64,000 nt of DNA, taken from Escherichia phage SUT_E1520. How positions within the stretch are numbered: position 1 is the stretch's first letter; every line of letters begins with the position of its first letter. The position numbers and the translations under genes are program-made. The DNA lies in the sequence record OQ885479; one strand, given 5' to 3'. Positions 52,556-62,289 of this stretch are shown in pieces. Under the pieces are notes generated by a model. It was not told the origin of the DNA. It saw only the letters and a list, made by a program, of their open reading frames with translations, and ran no database searches.

Positions 52556-55500
52556 ATGACTGATAAGCTAATACGAGAATTACTAATAGACGTTAAACAG
52601 AAGGGGGCAACTCGTACTGCAAAGTCTATTGAAAACGTATCTGATGCGTTGGAAAATGCTGCTGCTGCTTCCGAACTGACAAATGAGCAGTTAGGTAAAA
52701 TGCCCAGAACTCTTTATTCCATTGAGAGGGCAGCAGACAGAGCAGCGAAAAGTCTTACTAAAATGCAAGCTAGTAGGGGTATGGCTGGTATTACTAAATC
52801 CATTGATGGTATTGGTGATAAGCTAGATTACCTGGCTATCCAACTTATTGAAGTAACAGATAAACTAGAAATTGGATTTGATGGAGTTTCTAGATCTGTT
52901 AAAACAATGGGTAATGATGTTGCAGCTGCAACAGAAAAAGTCCAGGATAGATTATACGATACTAATAGAGCATTAGGTGGTACAGCTAGAGGTTTTAACG
53001 ACACTGCTGGTGCCGCTGGTAGAGCTTCTAGAGCTATTGGTAATACCTCTGGTTCAGCACGTGGTGCAACTCGTGATTTTGCGGCAATGGCTAAGATCGG
53101 TGGTAGTCTACCTATTATGTACGCAGCTCTTGCTTCCAACATCTTCGTTTTGCAATCAGCATTTGAACAACTTAAACTAGGTGATCAGCTAAATCGTCTA
53201 GAAAAATTTGGTGTTATAGTAGGTACTCAGACAGGTACTCCTGTTCAGACCCTTGCTAGATCACTACAAGAAGCTGCTGGATATGCTATTTCTTTTGAGG
53301 AAGCAATGAGACAGGCATCTTCAGCATCTGCTTATGGATTTGATGCTGAACAACTTAATAAATTTGGTTTAGTAGCTCGTCGTGCGGCTGCTGTTCTTGG
53401 CGTTGATATGACTGATGCACTTAACCGTGTAATTAAGGGCGTATCTAAACAAGAAATCGAACTTCTGGATGAACTTGGTGTCACTATCCGTCTTAATGAC
53501 GCATACGCTGATTATGTTAAACAGTTAAATGCTGCAAACACAGGTATAACATATAATGTTAATAGTCTTACCACTTTCCAGAAGCAACAAGCATATGCTA
53601 ATGCAGTAATTGCTGAATCTACTAAACGGTTTGGCTATCTAGATGAAGTACTACGTGCAACTCCATGGGAGCAATTTGCTGCTAATGCAGATGCTGCACT
53701 AAGAAAAATACAACAAGCTGCTGCTAAGTATTTAGGGCCAGTAATTGATGCTATCAACACAGTATTTTATACATCTCAGGCTTCTATATCTGCTGAGGCA
53801 GCTAGAGCTCAAGAAAAAACTAATAGACAGATAGACCCTACCAACGTTGGTGCTGTTGCTTTAAGTTTAGCTGCTTCTGAAGAAGGCTATAATAAAGCTC
53901 TAGATATGTATAAGGAATCTCTTGATAAGCGTAATAAGCTAAAATCTGAGTTCGATAAACGAATGGAACAAGCAGATTTCTATACAAAACTAGCTATACG
54001 TCAAGTTGGTGAAGGTATTCCTGTTGGTATTGCAGCCGCGGGTGCTTCCGAAGCTAATAAAAAGTTTGTAGAAGAAACCGCAGCTATGGGTCTACAAGTA
54101 ACTAGACTCGGTAAGGAAGTAGAGGATTCTACAGAGAACCTCAATGCTTGGAAATCAGCTTATCAGGCTGCTGGAGCTGCTGCTGCAAAAGCTAATCCAG
54201 AGTTTCAGAAACAGATTAATCTACAGAGAGATACTACTGATCCTGATGCTGTATACGATTTTAACTCTACTGTATTAAAAGGACTAACTGAACAACAAAA
54301 GGCATATAATCAGACTAAGAAAACTGCTAGTGACTTAGCTAATGATATACAGAACGTTGCTCAGAATACAGATACTGCTGCTAAGACTAGTGCTACTTTA
54401 GCAGATGCTATAAAAAATATAGAATCACTATCTCAAGGTACTGGTAAAAGTGCAGACGAGTATGTTAAAAACCTTAACCTAGGCTATAATACTCTGTCTG
54501 AAATGAAAACTGCGTCTCAGGCCTTATCTGAGTACGTTAAACTAACCGGTAATGAGACTAAGAACCAGTTAGCAGTTCAACAGAAGATAGCTGACGTATA
54601 CAACCAAACTAAAGATAAAGAAAAAGCACAGGAAGCCGGTAGGCGTTTAGAACTCCAACAGTTAGAAGAGCAAGAGGCTGCTTTACGCCGTGTACTTCAA
54701 ACTAATCAGGGAAATAAAGCTGTTGAGAAAGAGATTGAAAAAATTCAGCTGGAGAAACTTAAGCTTACCAATCAGGGTATGGAAGCTCAGAAGAAAGTTA
54801 AGGATTATACAGATAAAATTCTGGGTGTAGACCGTGAGATAGCTCTCTTAAATAACCGTACTATGACAGATACTCAGTATCGTTTAGCACAGTTAAATCT
54901 TGAATTGACCATTGAAAAAGAGAAGTACGAATGGTATACAAAACAAGCTGATAAACAGAAAGAGGCGGAACAGTCTAGACGTGCTCAAGCCCAAATTGAA
55001 CGTGAAATCTGGAAATTCCGCCAAGATCAGATTGCTTCAATGGCTGCTGGTAGAGAGGAAGAACAGCAAAGACAATTTACTGCTAAACCATTAATGGGAA
55101 ATGCGGAGCGCTTACAGGAACAGCTAAAATTATATGAAGACTTAAAGCAGAAAACATTAGGTAATGCTGCGGCACAAGCGGAATATAATAAAAAGATAGC
55201 TGAAACTAGGGCACAACTAGCAGGTTTAAGGGCACAGAGAAATGCGGAGATGCAAGCTTCTGTTGGATCTTCTTTAGGTGCTGTGTACACTCCTACAACT
55301 GGACTATCTGGAGAAGATAAAGATTTTGCTGATATGGGAAATAGAATGGCTTCTTATGATCAGGCAATTTCTAAACTATCTGAGTTAAATTCCGAAGCAA
55401 CTGCTGTAGCTCAAAGCATGGGTAATTTAACCAATGCTATGATTCAGTTCTCTATGGGGTCTTTAGACACTACTTCCACGATCGCAGCAGGTATGCAGAC

Positions 55501-56236
55501 TGTGGCCTCTATGATTCAATATAGTACTAGTCAACAGGTTAGTGCAATTGATCAGGCTATTGCAGCAGAGCAGAAACGTGATGGTAAATCAGAAGCATCT
55601 AAAGCTAAGTTGAAGAAACTAGAAGCTGAAAAGTTGAAGATTCAACAAGACGCAGCTAAGAAGCAGATCATCATCCAAACTGCAGTAGCTGTAATGCAAG
55701 CGGCGACAGCTGTACCGTACCCGTTCTCTATTCCTTTGATGGTGGCGGCAGGTTTGGCAGGTGCCTTAGCTCTTGCTCAAGCATCTTCTGCATCTGGTAT
55801 GTCAAGTATTGCAGATTCTGGAGCGGATACAACTAGTTACCTAACCTTAGGAGAACGTCAGAAGAATATAGATGTGTCCATGTCTGCTAATGCAGGTGAA
55901 CTGTCTTATATTCGTGGCGATCAAGGTATAGGTAGCGCTAACTCTTTCGTTCCTCGTGCTGAGGGTGGTAATATGTACCCTGGGGTTAGCTATCAAATGG
56001 GTGAGCATGGTACAGAAGTAGTTACCCCTATGATTCCTATGAAAGCTACACCTAATGATGAGCTAAAAACTTCATCTAACTCAACTTCAGGAAGACCTAT
56101 CATCTTGAATATTAGTGCTATGGATGCTGCAAGTTTTAGAGAGTTTGCTTCTAGTAATAGTAGTGCTCTAAGAGACGCAGTAGAATTAGCTCTGAATGAG
56201 AACGGTGCTAGTCTGAAAACATTAGGAAATTCTTAA
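52556..56236 (+). CDS. tape measure protein (pb2-like)
   Basis: 1226 aa; Ala/Gln-rich helical repeats, hydrophobic segments and a C-terminal region. Confidence 0.85.
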   Translation: MTDKLIRELLIDVKQKGATRTAKSIENVSDALENAAAASELTNEQLGKMPRTLYSIERAADRAAKSLTKMQASRGMAGITKSIDGIGDKLDYLAIQLIEVTDKLEIGFDGVSRSVKTMGNDVAAATEKVQDRLYDTNRALGGTARGFNDTAGAAGRASRAIGNTSGSARGATRDFAAMAKIGGSLPIMYAALASNIFVLQSAFEQLKLGDQLNRLEKFGVIVGTQTGTPVQTLARSLQEAAGYAISFEEAMRQASSASAYGFDAEQLNKFGLVARRAAAVLGVDMTDALNRVIKGVSKQEIELLDELGVTIRLNDAYADYVKQLNAANTGITYNVNSLTTFQKQQAYANAVIAESTKRFGYLDEVLRATPWEQFAANADAALRKIQQAAAKYLGPVIDAINTVFYTSQASISAEAARAQEKTNRQIDPTNVGAVALSLAASEEGYNKALDMYKESLDKRNKLKSEFDKRMEQADFYTKLAIRQVGEGIPVGIAAAGASEANKKFVEETAAMGLQVTRLGKEVEDSTENLNAWKSAYQAAGAAAAKANPEFQKQINLQRDTTDPDAVYDFNSTVLKGLTEQQKAYNQTKKTASDLANDIQNVAQNTDTAAKTSATLADAIKNIESLSQGTGKSADEYVKNLNLGYNTLSEMKTASQALSEYVKLTGNETKNQLAVQQKIADVYNQTKDKEKAQEAGRRLELQQLEEQEAALRRVLQTNQGNKAVEKEIEKIQLEKLKLTNQGMEAQKKVKDYTDKILGVDREIALLNNRTMTDTQYRLAQLNLELTIEKEKYEWYTKQADKQKEAEQSRRAQAQIEREIWKFRQDQIASMAAGREEEQQRQFTAKPLMGNAERLQEQLKLYEDLKQKTLGNAAAQAEYNKKIAETRAQLAGLRAQRNAEMQASVGSSLGAVYTPTTGLSGEDKDFADMGNRMASYDQAISKLSELNSEATAVAQSMGNLTNAMIQFSMGSLDTTSTIAAGMQTVASMIQYSTSQQVSAIDQAIAAEQKRDGKSEASKAKLKKLEAEKLKIQQDAAKKQIIIQTAVAVMQAATAVPYPFSIPLMVAAGLAGALALAQASSASGMSSIADSGADTTSYLTLGERQKNIDVSMSANAGELSYIRGDQGIGSANSFVPRAEGGNMYPGVSYQMGEHGTEVVTPMIPMKATPNDELKTSSNSTSGRPIILNISAMDAASFREFASSNSSALRDAVELALNENGASLKTLGNS

Positions 56237-56240
56237 AACT

Positions 56241-56268
56241 GGAGGAGGACTTTGAGTCCTCCTTTTCT
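56241..56268 (+). terminator. rho-independent terminator after the tape measure gene
   Basis: GGAGGAGGACTTTGAGTCCTCC hairpin followed by TTTTCTTT. Confidence 0.65.
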
Positions 56269-56289
56269 TTATGGAAAAATAAAAATTTC

Positions 56290-56319
56290 TTGATAAAATT
56301 TTCTAATACTATTATAATA
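56290..56319 (+). promoter_or_regulatory. sigma70-like promoter ahead of the baseplate genes
   Basis: TTGATA-N18-TATAAT, then SD AGAGGAG. Confidence 0.4.
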
Positions 56320-56345
56320 TTGTTATTAAAGAGGAGAAATTAACT

Positions 56346-56960
56346 ATGAGATTACCAGACCCATACACGAATCCAGAACTTTCAGGCTTAGGATTCGAAA
56401 GTGTTAACCTGATTGATAATGACCCAGTAATTCGTGATGAGTTACCAAATGGTAAAGTTAACGAAGTTAAGGTATCTGCTCAATACTGGGGTATAAATAT
56501 TTCTTATCCAGAATTATTTCCAGATGAATATAGTGTTCTAGATGCTTTTATTCTAGAATACAAAAGGACTGGTGGTTATATAGATGTTATATTACCCCAA
56601 TACGAAGCTTTTAGAGTTAGAGGTAATACTAGTCTAGTAAATATACCTGCTGGACAGAAGGGTTCTAATATAACTATGGATACAAAAGGGTTTCTTACAG
56701 GTACCCCAAAACCGGGGGATCTATTTAAGCTGTCTAACCACCCAAAAGTATATAAAATAACATCATTTAACAAATCAGGTAATACATGGTCTATAAACTT
56801 ATACCCTGATTTATTTATAACTACTACTGGAGCGGAGAAGCCAGTATTTAATGGAATCCTATTTAGAACAAAACTCATGAATGGTGATGCTTTTGGATCT
56901 ACACTAAATAATAACGGAACATACTCCAACATCTCACTAAATTTACGGGAAAGTCTATGA
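56346..56960 (+). CDS. distal tail protein (pb9-like, Dit)
   Basis: 204 aa directly after the tape measure gene. Confidence 0.65.
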   Translation: MRLPDPYTNPELSGLGFESVNLIDNDPVIRDELPNGKVNEVKVSAQYWGINISYPELFPDEYSVLDAFILEYKRTGGYIDVILPQYEAFRVRGNTSLVNIPAGQKGSNITMDTKGFLTGTPKPGDLFKLSNHPKVYKITSFNKSGNTWSINLYPDLFITTTGAEKPVFNGILFRTKLMNGDAFGSTLNNNGTYSNISLNLRESL

Positions 56961-59806
56961 AAAAAATATTAGATAGTGCTAGAAACTACTTAAAAAATAA
57001 TAGCAGAATAAAAACTGCTAGTCTAATTTCTCTAGAATTACCCGGCTCTACAGGTACTAGTACTGCTTTTATTTACTTAACTGACTATTTTAGAGATGTA
57101 CTATATAATGGTATTTTGTACCAGGCCGGTAAAGTTAAGTCTATTAGCACACATAAACAAAATAGAGATTTATCTATTGGCAGCCTATCTTTTACTATTA
57201 CAGGTACAGCACAGGATGAAGTACTGAAATTAGTGCAGAATGGTGTATCCTTTTTAGATAGACTAGTATCAATCCACCAAGCAATTATTACAGAGGATGG
57301 TTCTATTTTACCTGTAGACCCAGACACAAATGGCCCTTTATTATACTTTAGAGGGAGAATTACTGGTGGAGGTATTAAGGACAACATTAGTACTTCTGGG
57401 GTTGGAACCTCTACAATTACTTGGAATTGTTCTAACCAATTCTATGATTTTGATAGGGTTAACGGTAGGTTTACTGATGATGCTTCTCATAGAGGGCTTG
57501 AGGTTGTAGCAGGACAATTAGTTCCATCTAACGGGGCTAAAAGACTTGAATACCAGGAAGATTATGGGTTCTTTCATGCCAATAAAAGTATCTCTATTCT
57601 AGCAAAGTATCAGGTACAGGAAGAAAGATACAAGCTAAAGTCTAAGAAAAAGCTATTTGGACTATCTAGAAGTTATAGTCTTAAAAAGTATTATGAGACT
57701 GTTACTAAAGAAGTAGATATAGATTTTAACCTTGCTGCTAAGTATATACCAGTAGTTTATGGTGTACAGAAAATACCGGGAATACCTATTTTTGCGGATA
57801 CGGAATTACACAATCCTAATATAGTTTACGTAGTATACGCTTTTGCTGAAGGAGAGATAGACGGTTTTCTTGACTTTTCCTTTGGGGATAACCCTATGAT
57901 TTGTATGGACTCTAATGATAGCTCTGCTAGAACCTGTTTCGGTGTTAAAAAAGTAGCAGGAGACACCATGCAAAGAATAGCATCAGGAATATCTTCTAGT
58001 AGTCCTTCTGTGCACGGTCAGGAATATAAATATAATGATGGTAATGGTGATATAAGGATTTGGACTTATCATGGAAAAGCTGATCAAACGGCTTCTGAAG
58101 TATTAGTAAATATAGCGAAGGAACGTGGGTTCTATCTCCAAAATATGAACGGTAATGGGCCTGAGTACTGGGATACTAGATATAAATTATTAGATACTGC
58201 ATACGCGGTAGTACGCTTTACTATTAATGAAAATAGAACTGAGATTCCAGAAGTTAGTGCTGAGATTCAGGGTAAGAAGATAAAAATCTATCATCCTGAT
58301 GGTAGAGTAACTGCTAATAGTACTAGTTTAAATGGTATTTGGCAAACACTTGACTACTTAACTTCAGATAGGTATGGTGCAAACATTGCTATTGATCAGT
58401 TCCCCCTACAACAATTGGTACAAGAAGCTGCTATCTTAGATATTATAGATGAATCTTACCAAGTATCCTGGCAGCCATACTGGAGATATGTTGGGTGGAC
58501 TGATCCATTAGCAGAAAATAGACAAATAGTACAAATGAATACTATTCTAGATACATCTGAATCAGTATTTAAAAATGTGCAAGGTTTACTAGAATCCTAC
58601 GGTGGGGCTATTAACAACTTATCTGGTCAATATAGGATTACTGTAGAAAAATATTCTAATACTCCATTAGAGATTAATTTTCTGGATACTTATGGTGATT
58701 TAGAGCTATCAGATACTACTGGTAGAAATAAATTCAACTCAGTTCAAGCATCCATAGTAGACCCAGCTCTTAGCTGGAAAACTAACTCTATTACCTTTTA
58801 TAACTCTAAATATAAAGAGCAGGATAAAAATTTAGATAAAAAATTACAATTATCTTTTGCAAATATAACTAACTACTATACTGCTAGAAGTTTTGCAGAC
58901 AGAGAACTTAAGAAATCTAGGTATTCTAGAACCCTCTCATTTTCTTTACCATATCAATTCATTGGTATTGAGCCTAACGATGCTATTGCATTTACATACG
59001 ACCGTTACGGATGGGATAAGAAGTACTTTTTAGTAGATGAAGTCGAAAACTCTAGAGAAGGAAAGATAAATGTTACTCTACAGGAGTATGGGGAAGATGT
59101 ATTTATCAACTCTGATCAAGTAGATAATAGTGGTAATGATATACCAGATATTAGTAACAACGTTCTTCCTCCTAGAGATTTTAAATATACTCCTACACCC
59201 GGTGGTTTAGTTGGTTCTATAGGAAAAAATGGTGAGTTATCTTGGCTTCCAAGCTTAACTAATAACGTAGTTTATTACTCTATCGTGCATTCCGGGCATG
59301 CTGAGCCTTATATTGTGCAGCAACTAGAAACAAATCCCAATGAACGCATGATCCAAGAGATAATTGGAGAGCCTGCAGGCTTAGCGATATTTGAAATAAG
59401 GGCTGTGGATATAAATGGTAGAAGAAGTTCTCCAGTAACCTTATCTATAGAACTTAACTCTGCTAAAAACCTAAGTGTAGTATCTAATTTTAGGGTAACT
59501 AATACGGCTTCTGGGGATGTAACTGAATTTGTAGGCCCAGATGTAAAACTAGCTTGGGATAGGATACCAGAAGAAGATATAATAGAAAGTATATTCTATA
59601 CTCTGGAAATCTATGACTCCCAGAATAGAATGCTAAGAAGTGTACGTATTGAAAATCAGTATACTTATGACTATTTATTAATGTATAATAAGGCAGATTT
59701 TGCTCTTCATAACAGTGATGCTCTAGGAATAAATAGAAAACTATATTTTCGTATTAGAGCAGAAGGAGATGATGGAGAACAGTCTGTGGAGTGGGCATCC
59801 ATTTAA
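56957..59806 (+). CDS. baseplate hub protein (pb3-like)
   Basis: 949 aa, matching T5 pb3 length; position. Confidence 0.75.
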   Translation: MKKILDSARNYLKNNSRIKTASLISLELPGSTGTSTAFIYLTDYFRDVLYNGILYQAGKVKSISTHKQNRDLSIGSLSFTITGTAQDEVLKLVQNGVSFLDRLVSIHQAIITEDGSILPVDPDTNGPLLYFRGRITGGGIKDNISTSGVGTSTITWNCSNQFYDFDRVNGRFTDDASHRGLEVVAGQLVPSNGAKRLEYQEDYGFFHANKSISILAKYQVQEERYKLKSKKKLFGLSRSYSLKKYYETVTKEVDIDFNLAAKYIPVVYGVQKIPGIPIFADTELHNPNIVYVVYAFAEGEIDGFLDFSFGDNPMICMDSNDSSARTCFGVKKVAGDTMQRIASGISSSSPSVHGQEYKYNDGNGDIRIWTYHGKADQTASEVLVNIAKERGFYLQNMNGNGPEYWDTRYKLLDTAYAVVRFTINENRTEIPEVSAEIQGKKIKIYHPDGRVTANSTSLNGIWQTLDYLTSDRYGANIAIDQFPLQQLVQEAAILDIIDESYQVSWQPYWRYVGWTDPLAENRQIVQMNTILDTSESVFKNVQGLLESYGGAINNLSGQYRITVEKYSNTPLEINFLDTYGDLELSDTTGRNKFNSVQASIVDPALSWKTNSITFYNSKYKEQDKNLDKKLQLSFANITNYYTARSFADRELKKSRYSRTLSFSLPYQFIGIEPNDAIAFTYDRYGWDKKYFLVDEVENSREGKINVTLQEYGEDVFINSDQVDNSGNDIPDISNNVLPPRDFKYTPTPGGLVGSIGKNGELSWLPSLTNNVVYYSIVHSGHAEPYIVQQLETNPNERMIQEIIGEPAGLAIFEIRAVDINGRRSSPVTLSIELNSAKNLSVVSNFRVTNTASGDVTEFVGPDVKLAWDRIPEEDIIESIFYTLEIYDSQNRMLRSVRIENQYTYDYLLMYNKADFALHNSDALGINRKLYFRIRAEGDDGEQSVEWASI

Positions 59807-61863
59807 TGATTTCGAATAATGCACCAGCCAAAATGGTCTTAAATAGTATAATGACTGGATATACAATGGCATATGTCCAGCACTCTATATATACTGACTA
59901 TGACGTTATTGGTAGATCTTTTTGGTTAAAGACAGGAGAAAGTATAGATAGACGTGATTATACTGGTATAGATACTTTCTTCATAATGATTAATAACCTG
60001 ACCCCTTCAACCTCTTACGAGATTCAAGGGGCTTTCTACGACTCTATTATTGATTCTGAACTGCTAGAGGCTAAGATTGGTATCAATCTCTCTAATGAGA
60101 CTAACTTTAGGACAAAAGAGAAGCCAATAATTGTTGCAGCAAGATCTGAATCAGAACCTGTGGATGTTGGGGTAGGTGCACCGATAGTTGTCGTAGAAAC
60201 AACTGGTGAAGCAAGCTACTGTACTATTGAGTTAAAAAGTACAGCTACTGAAGACAGTCCTTGGACTAAGTATTACATTGGGGCTTTAGGTTCTACTATT
60301 AAATTTGGTGGAGTTCCTATCGGAGATTATAAGATCAGAATATCTGGTCAAGTAACTATGCCTGATGGTGTTACAGTTGATTCTTCTGGGTACTATGAAT
60401 TCCCTAATATTTTAACAGTAGCTTATAATTTTGTTCCTCCTACTGCACCTATCAATATTGTTTTTAAAGCTGCACGAATTGCTGATGGTAAAGAACGATA
60501 TGATGTTAGAATTGAGTGGGATTGGGAACGCGGTGGTGGTGCTAATGTTCGTGAGTTCTTGGTTACATATATAAATTCTGAAGAATACGCTAAGACTGGC
60601 TGGGCTAAAGCTCAAAAGATAAACGTTGGTGCTGCCAGAGCTGCAACAATTATATCATTCCCATGGAAAGTTGAACATACCTTTAAGGTATCATCAATTG
60701 CCTGGGGACCAAATAAACAAGATATAACAGAATCAGCTCCTGTAACATTTATATTGAATGAAGATACTCCTCTAGATAACAGCTTTGTCAATGAGACTGG
60801 TATTGATGTTAACTATGCCTTTATTAAGGGCAGCATGAAAGATGGAGAAATCTGGAGACAGACATTCTTAATCGATGCAGCTACTGGTGCTATTAACATT
60901 GGTCTGCTAGATGAAGAGGGAAAAGCACCTATTTCTTTTGATCCTATAAACCGTGTTGTTAACGTTGATGGTAAAGTAATTACTAGAGATATTAATGCTG
61001 CGAATTTTATCATGACTAACTTATCCGGTAAGGATAATCCAGCAATTTACACTCAAGGTAAATCTTGGGGGGATAATAACTCCGGTATTTGGATGGGCAT
61101 GGATAATACCTCTGCCAAAGCTAAGTTAGACATTGGTAATGCCACACAGTGGATTCGTTATGATGGTGATGTACTACGTATTTCTAGTGGAGTAGTAATT
61201 GGAACACCAAATGGCGATGTAGATATCCAAACAGGTATACAGGGCAAGCAAACAGTATTTGTTTATAAGATATCAACTGCACTTCCAGCAAAGCCACTAG
61301 AACAAGATTATCCGCCTCCTGGTTGGTCAAAAACTCCACCTAATCGTACAGATATGACACAAAATATCTATGCGACTACGGGTACACTTGACCCAGTTAC
61401 TAATAAGCTACTTGCAGGTACTAGCTGGTCTGATGTAGTTCAGTGGAGTGGTACTGAAGGTACTATAGGACATGATGGACAACGTGGTCCTGGAATGTAT
61501 TCCTTAGGTATTCCTGGTCTTGGTGGTTGGGATGATGGGCAGGCTAATGCCTTCTTCCAGAATAACTTTGGTAGTCCTCCAGTTAGATATGATGTATTGA
61601 CAGAGTTTAATAGTAATGCTCCGCAATCTGCATTTACTCGTCAATGGAATGGTTCCGGTTGGGTTAACCCAGCAATGGTACTGCATGGCGATATGATAGT
61701 TAATGGTACGGTAACCGCCAGTAAGATTGTAGCAAATAATGCCTTCTTATCTCAGATCGGTGTTAACGTTATTTATGATAGAAACGCTGCATTATCTGAT
61801 AATCCGGAAGCCTATTACAGAATGAAGATAGACCTGCAAAACGGGTACATCCATATAAGGTAA
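59791..61863 (+). CDS. central straight fibre protein (pb4-like)
   Basis: 690 aa; position after pb3. Confidence 0.7.
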   Translation: MGIHLMISNNAPAKMVLNSIMTGYTMAYVQHSIYTDYDVIGRSFWLKTGESIDRRDYTGIDTFFIMINNLTPSTSYEIQGAFYDSIIDSELLEAKIGINLSNETNFRTKEKPIIVAARSESEPVDVGVGAPIVVVETTGEASYCTIELKSTATEDSPWTKYYIGALGSTIKFGGVPIGDYKIRISGQVTMPDGVTVDSSGYYEFPNILTVAYNFVPPTAPINIVFKAARIADGKERYDVRIEWDWERGGGANVREFLVTYINSEEYAKTGWAKAQKINVGAARAATIISFPWKVEHTFKVSSIAWGPNKQDITESAPVTFILNEDTPLDNSFVNETGIDVNYAFIKGSMKDGEIWRQTFLIDAATGAINIGLLDEEGKAPISFDPINRVVNVDGKVITRDINAANFIMTNLSGKDNPAIYTQGKSWGDNNSGIWMGMDNTSAKAKLDIGNATQWIRYDGDVLRISSGVVIGTPNGDVDIQTGIQGKQTVFVYKISTALPAKPLEQDYPPPGWSKTPPNRTDMTQNIYATTGTLDPVTNKLLAGTSWSDVVQWSGTEGTIGHDGQRGPGMYSLGIPGLGGWDDGQANAFFQNNFGSPPVRYDVLTEFNSNAPQSAFTRQWNGSGWVNPAMVLHGDMIVNGTVTASKIVANNAFLSQIGVNVIYDRNAALSDNPEAYYRMKIDLQNGYIHIR

Positions 61864-61866
61864 ATA

Positions 61867-62289
61867 ATGAGTACTGAAAATAGAGTTATAGATTTAGTAA
61901 TAGATGAGAAAGTACCATATGGTTTAATGATGCAGTTCTTAGATGTTGATGATAGTACTTATCCACCTACAAATACCCCCGTTAACTTAACCGGGTATTC
62001 TCTAAGGGGTACTATAAAAAATAGCCTAGATGAGAATGCGGAGATATTAGCATCCTTTACTACTAATATTATTGATGCTGCTCAAGGGGCTGTAGCTATA
62101 AGTTTGCCAGTAGAATCTGTGGAAAATATAGGGGCTAGAGCATCTAAAGATAGAGATAAATATAACCCTCGTCAGCGATTCGCAGGATACTATGATATAA
62201 TTATGACTAGAGATGTTATAGGATCTGCAATTAGCTCCTTTCGTATAATGGAGGGTAAAGTATTTATCAGTGATGGGGTAACTAAATAA
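61867..62289 (+). CDS. collar / tail protein (p132-like)
   Basis: 140 aa between pb4 and the tail fibre gene. Confidence 0.55.
   Translation: MSTENRVIDLVIDEKVPYGLMMQFLDVDDSTYPPTNTPVNLTGYSLRGTIKNSLDENAEILASFTTNIIDAAQGAVAISLPVESVENIGARASKDRDKYNPRQRFAGYYDIIMTRDVIGSAISSFRIMEGKVFISDGVTK

Noticed and set aside
52828-55290. Short ORFs on both strands inside the tape measure gene (52828..53142, 52977..53180, 54912..55094, 55027..55290)
   Set aside because: Alternate-frame or antisense readings of the Ala/Gln-rich repetitive tape measure coding sequence.
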